Assembly: GCA_028534125.1 (NCBI GenBank) | Contig: CM052817.1 | Coordinates: 104,658,001-104,722,000 of the forward strand | Origin: Lama glama | Lineage: Eukaryota | Direction: 5' to 3' | DNA: 64,000 nt | Shown here: piece by piece, positions 52,267-64,000 of the stretch | Position numbering within the stretch: position 1 is the first letter of the stretch | Layout of the letters: each line of letters opens with the position of its first letter | The notes under the pieces: generated by a model | What the model was told of the DNA's origin: nothing | Databases searched by the model: none | Seen by the model: the letters and a program-made list of their open reading frames with translations, nothing else | Made by a program: the position numbers and the translations under genes

Positions 52267-52319
52267 AGGTCTAAGCTTCTTGAATCAAATGAAGAAAACA
52301 CACATATTAGAAATCAGAG

Positions 52320-52530
52320 TGGAGTGACATAGCTGCGGTCCTGGAGTCAGAAGACAGGTCAGGTGTGCGTTGTTCCTATTGTTCGCCATGTGACCTCACT
52401 TCTAATTCCTAATTGCACACCTATAAAATAGCCATAATGCCTTGCAGTGTCTACATCATTGGGTTATTTTGAGAACCAAGTAAAATAATATTTTTTAAAA
52501 CACCCTTTAGACTTCAAAATCTATGCAAAA
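52320..52530 (+). mobile_element. MIR
   Basis: cctggagtcagaagacagg...atgtgacctc...cctataaaatagccataat. Confidence 0.6.
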
Positions 52531-53839
52531 TATAAGGAGTGAATAAAGTGGCCTCTGCAATGATGATCTATTTTAGGCTCAAGGGACCATAGGATGCAAT
52601 TTTCACCTTGTGTGAATTTTTCCACCTTGTGTAAATTCACAAAATTCCAGAATTAGACTCTTTATACAAGGAAAGCAATGTCTGCTGCCATCCGTGCAAT
52701 TAACACTTAAATCTTACCATGGGGCTTTTTTTTTGCCCCTGTTCCAGGATTGCAGTACATAATACAAGCTCTCCAAGCCCTCTGTGACTTTTTAAAAATA
52801 ATATTCATATCAATAATTCATGCTATTTATATCAATAATCCACGCAGTTAACCAAATGTGTTTGTCAAAGTAGAAAACAGAACGTTTGCCAGAGACGACG
52901 CTCCCACAAAACTTTCCTCTTGTTTCAAAAAATATATACTTTAAGTGAACAGTGGAGGAAAACAAAGGTTCTTAGTTCTTTGCGCTAAGAAACTTCAGGC
53001 TAATTTATGTAGCCCTTAGCATTATAATTTTGGATAATTGCACCTTAAATGTATCTTTCTTTCATGTCTCCATGGACAGACATTTCTGCAAATTTAAATT
53101 TGCTTCTAGGCACCTAGGTGAAATACTTTTCATGAATATTATTACTTTTTCGTTTAGTCTGTTAGAATCCCGGTCCTGCATAGTGTGAAGTGGTTATGCA
53201 TCTGAAGGAAAAGGAAAATTAAAACAATTGTTTTTTAATAAGAATAAATTCATTATTAACATAGAGCCTTCAAACTGTCTTCAGCCTTCGTGGAATTCTG
53301 GCTATATTGTTGGTAGAATTTCTTTAGTTTGTTTGATAACATAAACTACTAACAGTTAAAGTCACAAAGTTGTAAAAGATAATTGAAATTAATATTCACT
53401 CCGTGCTTAGTTACCACTTAGGAAGAAAGGAAATCAAGCCTGGAGCAGCTTACTTGCTGCAGTGCAAAGATGAGAAGGCAAAATGTACTAGAAGTTCCTG
53501 GTTTATGGCAAAGTGCTTTGTTTAGTACAAGACCTCACTTTTTAAGAATATACTCATGATGTGCTTTTTAAAACTGCCCTCATTTCTCCAGGCATCTCAC
53601 CTGCCTTCTCAGCCATTTTGACCACATTGGCAACTTTGTCTCTTTAATGCTTCTGTGACAAAACACTCATGGGCCCATGACCCCACCCACTCCCCCACCC
53701 CACACTTCGAGAAACAAACCAGAAGATTCTCAGCCTCATCCTTCAGCTCAGTGAGGGCGTGATCGTCCACCAGCTGCATATCAGAAAAACCGGAACTCTT
53801 GGAGACAGCCTGGGTCTTTGTGTTTACTTGACCGATTTA

Positions 53840-54040
53840 AGATTTATGCAGCATTTAGCACATGCTAGGCCCTCCTAGGTGCTATACAAAATTTAACTCA
53901 TTTCGTAGTCGTAACAGCAGGTCAACAACCAAGCCATAGAGACATTAAATACAAGCTGTTCAAGGTTTGCAAAACTAGTCCATGGCAAAGCTGGAATTTG
54001 AGCCCAAGTCCTCTGACCCCAGAGTCCCCACATTTAAACA
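53840..54040 (-). mobile_element. MIR
   Basis: tttaactcattt...ggcaaagctggaatttgagcccaagtcctctgaccccagagtcc. Confidence 0.7.
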
Positions 54041-54321
54041 TGACCTCTTCTTGTCTCTCCAACCCATGATTAAGTTTTATCACATCTTCTCATACATATT
54101 TCTCAGTTCTTTCTCCCCCTCACCTGCCATCATGTTAATCAAGCATGATCGTGTTTCCCATGGTCTTCAGACACCCACTCTTTCTCTCTCCAGTCCCATT
54201 TAATGCCAGTTACCCACGGCCAGATGGCATGATTTCTTTAAAAATGTAATCTGATCATTTTAGTTCCTAGCATAGAAACTTTCAATGACTTTCCACTGAG
54301 GGCAAAAAACTTTGCCAGTCC

Positions 54322-54719
54322 TATCAGTCAACAAAGGATGTTGCAGCCATCAAACCATCAGCCGCTGCAGCCACCCTGAAGGGATTCAGAATGGAAGAAA
54401 ACAGGATACTGGCCCGAGTTTAAGGTGCATATCAAAGAGATGGTTTCAATAAACCCAGCCTGCTGCATCTCCCCATACAGAGAAAAGCAAGTGCTAAATT
54501 CATTCGCTCGAGGCATCTGGTTTTCTTTAATTAACAGTCATCTTTTGATGTTCTGATTACATGAGTTTTGTTACAAAACCTTTGGCTCCTCCCTAACCTC
54601 TTTGGAGCAGTTTCTCAGAGTGATCTGAGAGGCTGTCATCCGGCCTTGAGTTCTCAGAAAGTCCATCAAAGAAAACATAATTCTCAACTTTTACGTTGTG
54701 CGTTATTTTTCAGTAGGCA
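54322..54719 (+). mobile_element. Solo LTR (ERV1-like) within an L2
   Basis: caaaggatgttgcagccatca...ctcagagtgatctgagaggctgtc...aaaacataattctcaacttt...cagtaggCA; boundaries approximate. Confidence 0.7.
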
Positions 54720-54881
54720 CCATTAATGTAAAAGTCAATCTTCTTTGCACTGCCTACTTGGTAGCTCCCTTCCCCCCCATTCCTTGTCCCTCACTGTGTC
54801 CCATGTAAATTATGTTTCCAATTTCCTAAATGTTCCATACTCCTCCCACTTCAGAGATATTCCAACCCCGTTCCTTTAAGC

Positions 54882-55128
54882 CTGGGTTTCCCAGCCATGG
54901 CACCATCTCCCTTTTAGACTGGATATCTCTTCAGTGCAGAGGCTGTTCTGTGTATTGTAACATGCTTAGCAACATTCCTGACCTCTACTCAAATAGATGT
55001 CAGTAGTAACCCCTAGTTTTAAAAACCAAAAGATGTCTCCAGATAAAGACAAATGTCCTCCTGGGATGTGTGTGTATGTGTGTGTGTGTGTGTGTGTACG
55101 CGCACAGCACTCCTATGAAGAATCATTG
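54882..55128 (-). mobile_element. MER20 (hAT-Charlie) with internal (TG)n at 55067-55096
   Basis: Reverse complement of the MER20 core: ttagcaacattcctgacctctac...aaccaaaagatgtctccaga...caaatgtcc. Confidence 0.8.
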
Positions 55129-55187
55129 CCTTTGATTTAAATGTTCTGGCCCCTCTGTAACTTTATTTGTACACTATTCATTCTGCC

Positions 55188-55792
55188 TGTTGCCAGTGAT
55201 TAGGTTTTTGTCTCGTCACAAAAAGAATTCAGAGGTGAGACATGGAGGTCAAGAAAGCAAAGTGAGGATTTGTTAAGTGATAGGATGCTCTCAAGGGGAG
55301 AGTGGGCAGACTCAGGTGAATAGCTGCCCTGAGTTTCTTTGGCAAGCTGGTTATATGGGATGTAAAAATGAATGGGCAGAATATTCATTGGGGAGGGAAG
55401 GGCTTCGGGTTATATTATCTGATTTTTATCCCAGCTCCACCTTCCAGAGGGGAGAAGGAATTCTTGTCCTTATTTAGCAGGGATCAGAAGTGTCATGGCA
55501 GTAGTGCATGCTGGGTATTTCTAATCTGCAAAGCTAATTATATTATAATAAGGGCATAATATGCAAAATGTGACATTCAGACACTGGAGTTTCATGCCTT
55601 TTCCTGCTTCTCTTTGCCTGCCTCTAGGACACTTGTCACCCCCCAAAATGTGTGCTTCTCATCAGTCTGGGATTTCCTGCTTTTCTCTGTCTGCCCAAGG
55701 ACCCCAGTTGCTCACAAGATGTATGGTTTCTTACCATTTGGCCCTTGGCCCCCTCTCCTCTGCTCATGTCTAGCTATCTGCCTGCTCTAAAA
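55188..55792 (-). mobile_element. Solo LTR, same family as 30676-31345, opposite orientation
   Basis: Reverse-complement similarity throughout, e.g. gtaaaaatgaatgggcagaatattcattggggagggaag and ctagctatctgcctgctctaa. Confidence 0.92.
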
Positions 55793-55845
55793 AACCCAGG
55801 AGCCATGACCACTTCCTCAGAAAGACATTCTCTGATTTTGGATCA

Positions 55846-56254
55846 AATGTTGCAGCTTGGGTTCTGCAGGAAGCAGTTTCTGGGACTGATATTAGTGTGC
55901 AAGTAGTTCATCATTAAGTGCTCTTGGGATAGACACCAGCAGAAGGTCACAGACTGAGCCTCAGTACCGTTTCCACAAAGACCTCACTTGACCCTACTGG
56001 CATCTCTGAAGCTGGGAGGACCCCTCTGAGTTGGCGTCTGTTGGAGTCAGGGAGCAGGGTCTTTTCACTCCCAAGCCATGGGCTGCAGGCTGAGCAGGAA
56101 GAGGACCTTAGGCTTGGCCACTGGCTTTAGTGGAGGCAATTTGCTGACTAGGCTGGGAGCAGTGGGCTGTGTTTCAGCAGCAACTGGACATCTGAGGAAA
56201 TAAGTCCTTCAGCCCTGAAGGGAGATCTGGGCAGCGCACAGTGCATGCACTGCA
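55846..56254 (-). mobile_element. LTR16-like ERVL LTR
   Basis: gggttctgcaggaagcag...agtgtgcaagtagttcat and ccctgaagggagatctgggcag motifs. Confidence 0.65.
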
Positions 56255-56683
56255 GCCCAGCCCTTGGACCCTCATATCCACTTACGAATGGAGTTTCTGG
56301 GGGAACTTTCTCTTGAAGTGAATTCAAAGAGGAAGATCAGGGGGGCAAGCCAGAGTCTTCACATCTCAGGACCACACCTGACATTCATGGTCCTCCTCTT
56401 GTCCAATTGCTGTGATGCCCTCACCCAGAGCTCGCACCCTGACCCATCTCCACCCCAAATGGCCTGTGGCTGCACCATCCACTGAAGACACACAAAGGAC
56501 TGGCCAGATGGCTTGACTGAGCGGCCTCAGAGCCAACCACATCCCCCCCACCCCACCGTGAAGCAGTAGCAAGACCCTGGTGGGCAACTCCGTGGGGGCC
56601 ACTTTCCCAGCACCACAAGAATCTTTGCAGATTCACTATGGTTATGTGTTTTCATACCAGTGAAGGTGAATTCAGTGAATGTC

Positions 56684-56950
56684 AGTGAGATTAAGATCCT
56701 TTCAGCTGCAACTAACCAACTACTTAATTAAAAGAGGCTAAAGCAATGAATTTACACATTAGTTTATTAGACAAGGAGGCTGGGGATTAATTAAACATCC
56801 AGTTGGTTAATCTAGTGGCTCCATGATATCATGAAGGATGGAGAATTTTACATATTTCTCTTGGTTTTCATCCTTTGATTTGAACCTGCCTGATGGTAGG
56901 ATGGTTGCCAGAATGCCAGGCCTAATCTCCCACACAATGGCAGCTAAGCA
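56684..56950 (-). mobile_element. Ancient MLT1-like fragment
   Basis: gatccttttcagctgcaactaac...gtggctccatgatatcat...gatggttgccagaatgccagg. Confidence 0.45.
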
Positions 56951-57453
56951 TCTGGCTGGTTTCTCTTCATCCATCTTTTTATGTCCCAGCCTTCAGGCCA
57001 CCACTGTCAGGGTTCTTGGAGAAGTTAGTGTCTGGCAATTTTAGTCTCTGTCCCAGGGGATGAGCTGTGACAGTGGGGAAGGTTGGGGCTGGTTCTAAGC
57101 AGGAAACCAGGAGATACTGCCTCATGTGCCTGGTACCCAAGAGAGACGAGGAGTTCAAAGCAGTTTACAATTTCCCCTTCTGTCTCTTTTTCCCTCCCAG
57201 TTATTTTTCTGTCTCTATTTCTCAAATTCTCTTTTGCTTTCTTCTTTACTGTCCTCATTCTTCCTTATTTTATTCCAGCTTATATGTCTGCCCATCATCC
57301 AGAATTGAAACATATTAATTTTTTAACATCATTCAAGTTTTGTGTTATTTATACAAAAACAAACAAACAAATGAGCTGAGTGTTGTGTATTTCTCCATAG
57401 GAAAAGGAAAAGAAAATTGTCTGACCTTTACCTGCCTCTTCAGTCTTACGCCT

Positions 57454-57588
57454 ACTGTCCACTGACCCCCACTGTCTACTGACCCCCATTGTTCACTGAT
57501 CCCCACCGTGTACTGACCTCCACTATCCACTTACCTCCAGCATCCACTGATCCCCACCATCCTCTGACCCCCACCATCCACTGATCAC
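57454..57588 (+). repeat. 17-bp minisatellite, about 8 copies
   Basis: Units actgtccactgaccccc / actgtctactgaccccc / attgttcactgatcccc / accgtgtactgacctcc / actatccacttacctcc / agcatccactgatcccc / accatcctctgaccccc / accatccactgatcac. Confidence 0.92.
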
Positions 57589-59661
57589 ATTTCACATTCT
57601 TACAGTCCATTAACATTATTTTATTCCCTCCAAATTTACTTCCTCTATTATAGACTTGAGAAATTCTATATATCCTTCAAAATCTGGCTCAATTGCCCCT
57701 TACAGCACCAATCACAGATAATTGCTTCCTTTTCAGCTCCCTCAGGGTGCCTCCTTTAGAGCTCTTTAGCGTGCAATATCTGGTTAATGTTAGAGAGAGC
57801 TATTTGTTTTATTTCCTCCATTAGTTTGTAAATACCTTAAAGCACCAGCCACATTTTGTTCACATAACCTAGAATTCATGCTATTTACAAATTTTTTATT
57901 GTAGCTTATGTAGTAAAAATGTAAATACTGTGGAATAGAATAATCCTTAAATGTTTATAAAGTCAAAATTTACTTGCAGTTTTGTTCATGTCTTTGATTC
58001 GGTTGGGTCACTGAAATGTTTTTCAATCCTAAAAAGTTTATTTTCGGTGTCTTCTGGTGTTTTCTCTTTCCAAGACTCCATTACTATGTCCATATTTCTG
58101 TTTGATTAAAAGGTAGTCACTTTTGAAATTTGTAACAGGAAAATAACATTGCCTACTCTCATTTAGCAGATAATAAATTTGTAGTACATTTTGAGCTCTT
58201 TGAATTAAAATCTGTAGAGATGGTGAGTATTGTTCTCTCGTATCATTAGCATTTTGGCTGGAAACCGCTCCCTCTAGGCACATATGGGGTTTTTATTTTT
58301 ATGCATAAATTTGCATAACTGCTTTACTCTATTTCACAGATTGCAGTCTTTAGACCTTAACTTGGCAAATATCATGACCAAGTCATCAGTTTCAGTCTGG
58401 TTCAATGGGTTGGAAACTTCTTAATGGAGATATTTCCTTATCGACTCAGCCTTCCATAGTCGCTGTCTCTGCCTCTCTCTTTTCAGCAAACAGGCACTTA
58501 CTTAATCAGTAGTGACCATAGGCTGACATGACAAACATTCATTTTCAAAAAATAATTTATGTAGTTTTGTTTAGCATTTTTGGATAACTCCATGTGAGTA
58601 TAAAATAGTCAGGAACAAGTTTCTTCAAAAGGTGATCACCAATTGCACACAGCCCCTATGATGCACAGGCGAGTGAGGGACTGTGCGTGGCATTTCACAG
58701 TTAATTTTCTTCCAGCTTCATCAGCCTACATAGAAAATGTCCTTGCAGTCATATTAAACTTGAATCCCTAAACTCTCATCTGCTTGACTGCCAAGTTCCC
58801 CATCACCACCTCCACTCAAGTATTTATGGGTACTGCTTTCTGGTTTTTGCCACAGCCCACTGGGCTGGGCTTCCCTGCCTTAGGCACAGGTGGTCTACAG
58901 ACACTACACCAGGAGTGGGACCTCTGCTCCTGATCCTCAGTGAAGATGCCACTGTGGGCAGAATCACCTGGGCCTTGGCTCTGTTGAGCTGGAACTCTCT
59001 TGACACACTTACCAAGTGAGAACAATTCTGTCTTACACTCAGTTGGGTCCCACTGCAAGTTTGCATCAGTGCCAGAGTCTTGCAGAGTCAAGGGAAGCAG
59101 CTTTTTCAACTCCCACATAGTCCTCTTCCTCACAAAGCACATAGATGACATTCGAACCTGCCTCCGAGCTGCGCTCTGAACGCCATGTTACTTCCACTCT
59201 GGAGCCATGTGTTAAAATACAGATGATTGTGCCAGATGCCATCTTGTCTTGTAACCCGTCCAATATCAGAAACCCTGTCGTCCCCCATGCACGGTGACTG
59301 CTGCTGGGGGCCTCACTGAAACTTGTGTTTATGTGAATACTAGTCATGGGTAAAGTCCAAGTCTTGCCCTGACCTAGGACAATCTTCAAATTCTCTATTC
59401 ACCAATAGATGCAAATGAAGATCCAATAACTCCACCTGAGAAGCCTCTGACTCCCAGATCTAACCCATTAACATTGGCTTTGATCATGAGAAGTTATACT
59501 TATTGCTAGTATTACAATAACAACCACTGAAACACGAAAAATTCCTCGTGTGAAAAGCTCTGAAATTACAGGTGTCAGCATAAACTTCCCATGTCAGAGC
59601 CTAACCACCAAGTTTTGTATCCTTACTCATCAACCTACTACATGTGTGACCTTGAGCAAGT

Positions 59662-60163
59662 GTTAGTTATTTATTGCTGTGTAATGAATCACCACAAAAT
59701 TAGCAGCTTAAAATACCATGTATTCATTATCTTACAGTTTGTCTGGGTCAGAAATCCAGGCTGAACTTCAAGGTGTCAGCCAGGGCTGGCGTCTCATATG
59801 AGGCTAGACTGGGGAAAGACGCACCTCCAAGTTCACACGATTGTTAGTAGGATTCAATTCTTTACAGGTTATTGGGTTGAGGACACCAGCTTCTTGCCCG
59901 CTGTTAGCTGGAGACCATCTTTAGTTCCTTACCACGTGAACCTCTCCATAGAGCCGGTGACTTCACTGAAGCCAGTGTAAGAAAGAATCAAGAGAGAGAG
60001 AGTGTAATGGCAAGACAAGGATTACAGTCTCATGTATCCTAAACATAAAAGTGATATCCGAACACCAGGCTATACTCTACTGATAAACAAAGCACAGGTC
60101 CCACCACACTCGAAAACTGGAGGCGGTGTTTAATGGGAGACCATCTAAGAGCCTGTCTACCGA
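59662..60163 (-). mobile_element. MaLR LTR (MLT1-type) inserted in a MIR
   Basis: ttagttatttattgctgtgtaatgaatcaccacaaaattagcagcttaaaa...gggtcagaaatccagg. MIR tgtgtgaccttgagcaag lies on the left and tgtaaaatggag on the right. Confidence 0.85.
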
Positions 60164-60839
60164 AATAAATCACTTATTTGTGTGTCTTTCTTGTTAAATA
60201 TGTAAAATGGAGAGACAAGTGAAGATAATAGTATCTACTTCACAGAATTGTGAGGACTAAATCAGCTCATTAGTTATTATATATTTAAATGGTAGAAAGT
60301 GCCTGGTACGTAGTTTATCATCAACAAATTTTAATTATGTTTATTCTTACTCATGTGTCATAAACTCATATCAATCTAAATCTTTGGTCCTACCCACAGT
60401 CTCCTTTCTTTAATTATGCTGTTACCTTCTTCATGTCTGCCTCTTTCTTAAATATAATTTAGGAAATTTTTATTATTCATCAAGTTCTGCTCAAATAACA
60501 CATTTTCCAAGATTCCTGCTAAGTCCCCATGGTGGTAACTGTTTCTTTCTCACTATGTATCTGTACTTCATTTATAGAAGTGGTAATTTTCTGTCTAATG
60601 TTATATTTATGATTGTGTATGTCTCTACCTACAAGGCAATAAATTATTCGATGTTGGGGAGTCTGTTGTTAATGACTGTACCACTGAAATGACTAGAAAT
60701 TAAACAAAGATTTATTGTATTGTGCCAAAAATTAGACTTTTTGTCTAAAATTTTGTTTAAGTGTTAATTTTCTGTCTAATGTTATATTTCACATTTGAGC
60801 ATTCTGAAATTAACCCTTAAATTTATTGTCAATTAATTT

Positions 60840-62450
60840 TTTTACAAGACTGCCAAGATATTCAATAGAGGAAGAAGAGTCTTTTCAACAAATTGTGCTG
60901 GGAGTACTGGCTATCCACATGCAAAGGAAATAAGGTAGACCCTTACCTCACACCATACATAAAAATTAACTCAAAACTGATCATAGATCTAAATATAAGA
61001 GCTAAAGCTATGAAAATCTTAGCTTTAACGTAGGAGTAAGTTTTTGAGACCTTAGATTAGACAATGGTTTCTTAGCTACAATATCCAAAGTACAAGCAAG
61101 AACCAAAAAAAAAACCAAAAACCAAAAAACAAAAACCCACCAATATAGATGAATTGGACTTTATCAAGTTCAAAAATGTTTTAAAGGGTATCATCAAGAA
61201 AGTGAAAAGGAACTTGTGTCCAGAATACGTAAAGTAGACCTAAAACTCAAAAATAAAAAGACAAATAACTGAAAACTTTAGATCCACACAAACACCTGCA
61301 CTCAGATGTTTAGAACAGCTTTCATCATAATTGCCAAAACTTGGAAGTCGCTAAGGTGTCCTTCAGTAGGTGAATGGATAAATAACTGTGCTTCATACAG
61401 GCAATGGACTATTATCCAGTGATTAAATGCATATCACTAAGTGAAAGAAGCCCGTCTCAAAATTCTACATACTGTATGGTTCCAATTATATGACATTCTG
61501 GAAAAGGCAAAACTATGGAGACAATAAAAAGACCAGTAGTTGCCAGGGGTTGGGTTAGGCAAGTAGAAGAGTGGAAAAGGGGGAGAACAGGTCATTTTCA
61601 GAGTAGTGAAAATATTCTATATGATACTGTAATAGCAAACATGTCATTAAACATTTGTCTTCACCCACAGAATGCATAACATAGGGTGAACCCTTATGTA
61701 AACTATGGACTTCGGGTGATTATAATGTGTCAGTGTAAGTTTATCAAATTTAACAAATGTACCACTCTGGTTGGGGGTGTTGATAATGGGGGAAATGATG
61801 TACGTGTTGGGACACGGGTTATATAGGATATCTCTGTATATTCCCTTCCATTTTGCTATGAACCTTAAAAAGTTCCAAAAAAAAGAAAGTGAATCAAAAA
61901 AACCCCACAAATAAACCAATTTAAAAATTGACAAATGGTTTGAATAGGCATTTTGAAAAAAGATACACGAATGTCTAATAAGTTCACAATTAAGATGCTC
62001 AGCATTATTAGTCATAAAGGAAATGAAAATCAAAACCACACCTAGGATGACTAAAATAAAAAAGACAATAATAAGTGTTGACAGGAATGTGGACCAATGG
62101 TACCCTCATATGTTGGTAGAAATGTGAAATAGTGTGGCCACTCTGAAAAGTACTTTACAGGTTCCTCAAAATGTTAAACATAGATTTACCATAAGATCCA
62201 GCAAGACCTGCTCATAGATTATATGCTGAGAAAGCAGAGAAATATGCCACCCAAAAACGTGTACACCATGTTCATAGCAGCACAGTTCATAATAGCCAAA
62301 TGGTGGAAACAACCCAAATGTCCATCAACTAATGTATAAATAAACAAGATGTGGTCTACACATACTTGGGAATATTATTTGTCAATAAAGGAATCATTTG
62401 GTGATAAAAAAAGGAAAGAAATACTGATATGACACATGCTGCAATAAATC
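60840..62450 (+). mobile_element. Old L1 ORF2 3' region with a second L1 3' end nested at about 61280-61890
   Basis: cttacctcacaccatacataaaaattaactcaaaa; tgacattctggaaaaggcaaaactatggagaca; gttcatagcagcacagttcataatagccaaa...tggaaacaacccaaatgtccatcaa. Confidence 0.92.
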
Positions 62451-64000
62451 TGTTATTTGAAAAAACAACTGAATTGTAAAATGTAGAACAGATCTAAAAA
62501 GAGAGCAACTTTTATATATATAAGAACATTTTTATTGTTTAATACCATATATTTTTTAACTTTTGAGCTGCCATAAATTTAGCCATTGTGGATTATTCCA
62601 ACCATTGCTGGTCCATATAACTATGTCTAAGTAATTTTAAAATAATTTAATTTATTCTCTTAATTGTGTTGTATCAAGATCAGTCATGCTTGTTGAATCA
62701 TGATCAAGCACATGTGTAAAGAGACTGAAATGTATTAACTTCAGCAAAAAAAAAAAAAGTAGTAAATTCCTATTAATTACTGGCACCACAATTCTGTTAA
62801 GGTTAGAAGTATATTAACTAAATTACATAACTTACGTAAAGTAGAATACAGGCACTCTATCAATTGCTTTGCCAAGAGTGTGAGCTAAAAAAACAGCAGC
62901 AGCACAAAGCAATCGAGATGATTTTACTCCATCTCATGTTAGATTACTTTCATCCTTTGAAAATAACTAAAGTCTTTTTTTTTTTTAATGTTAAGGAATG
63001 TTGTTTCTAAACTTGAAAAATAGTCATGGACAGTTTGTTTCAAATATCATGAAACTCTGCAATTCAATAATGATTTATTTATTTGTTAGCCACCTGGGAA
63101 CTGTGGGTGGTGTGTGTTCTCCAACTATCTTTTGATAAAATGTCCTTGGAAACGAGTAGTGGGCACCATGCCGATGTTCCTTCGGTTTTCTCTTGATGTC
63201 AAATAGATAATGTTTTGAATCTCTGTCAGTCTCCTCCCTTAATACTGATGCATTCAGCCCATAGTCATTAAATAATGCTGTGATATATATGAGCAGAGTT
63301 ACTGCAGTTTTCACAGAACTGTGGCCAGAACAAGAAAAAAAAATGTAACCAAATGACAGCAAGCTCTAGTTTCCTTGTTTCTCTTTTAAATTGCACAGCA
63401 CATGGATATAATCCAGCCACAGGCAGCAGTGTGAGCACATCCTTTTCCTAGAGTCCATTAAGAATTCCCTGTATGAATCAGATTGATGAAATATTTCAGC
63501 CATAAAATTACAATGTGGGATGCACAATATAGTCTTACGTGTTTTCTTTTAAATCAGCCTGGTTAATCCAAGCCTACTTATCTCACATTGATTAATTTAA
63601 TTAGCTACTTTTAAAATGTCATATAATCACCCAGAGGCCTTTGAATTATGAGTTTAGGCTTAAAAAGCTAAGCTAAATGGAATAATAAAATAAACTGCCC
63701 TATCAGAATTTTAAAATATATGTTTGATGTTTTTTAAATTGGCTTTTAATTTTTATTTATGCAATCTTAGAATAAGGTTGAGAGTAATTATATTGAAATA
63801 TACACATCATTTAATTCTGAGTAAGAATAAAGTGGATCAATGAGGGGGAAATATCTTTTCTTTCTTCCTATTCTAGGTATGTTAAAATTTTTTTTTAAAT
63901 ATTTATTTTCAAATTTCGCTCCTCTAAGCAAAGAGTCTGAGACTTTTAATTAAAACTAGTAACAGTTCACTCACTAACTAAACTAAGATTCATTTGTCAA

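Noticed and set aside
52209..52301. 31-aa N-terminal extension of COX6B1 in the ORF track
   Set aside because: It starts at a GTG outside the TSD and reads through flank and 5'UTR. There is no in-frame ATG before the upstream stop, so the true start is 52208.
57454..57588. CRISPR-like array
   Set aside because: Contiguous tandem units without spacers, eukaryotic context, no cas genes.
63075..63362. 95-aa minus ORF in unique sequence
   Set aside because: No ATG start and no recognisable homology.
1..64000. A novel multi-gene biological system
   Set aside because: No exon chain, RNA gene or gene cluster could be supported; the window is explained by repeats, one retrocopy and unique non-coding DNA.

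Overview
Mammalian, AT-rich, repeat-dominated intergenic or deep-intronic DNA. It is most likely camelid, because seven tRNA-derived Vic-1-like SINEs are present and I saw no Alu or Bov-A/BovB sequence. The only recognisable protein-derived feature is a full-length, intronless COX6B1 retrocopy on the minus strand, with 5'UTR, intact 86-codon ORF (51948-52208), AATAAA, poly(A) and a 12-bp TSD. The rest is L1 (old and young), L2, MIR, solo LTRs, MaLR, hAT MER elements, simple repeats and two 500-N gaps. Points worth a second look are a triple-nested L1/SINE/L1 insertion, two head-to-head SINEs flanking a perfect 16-bp palindrome, a degenerate telomere-like tract, an orphan CpG-rich promoter-like segment, a TATA/kB promoter candidate, a CTCF-like site and a 17-bp minisatellite. 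I found no evidence of a previously undescribed multi-gene system. Repeat subfamily names come from memory of consensus sequences, and boundaries of old repeats are approximate.
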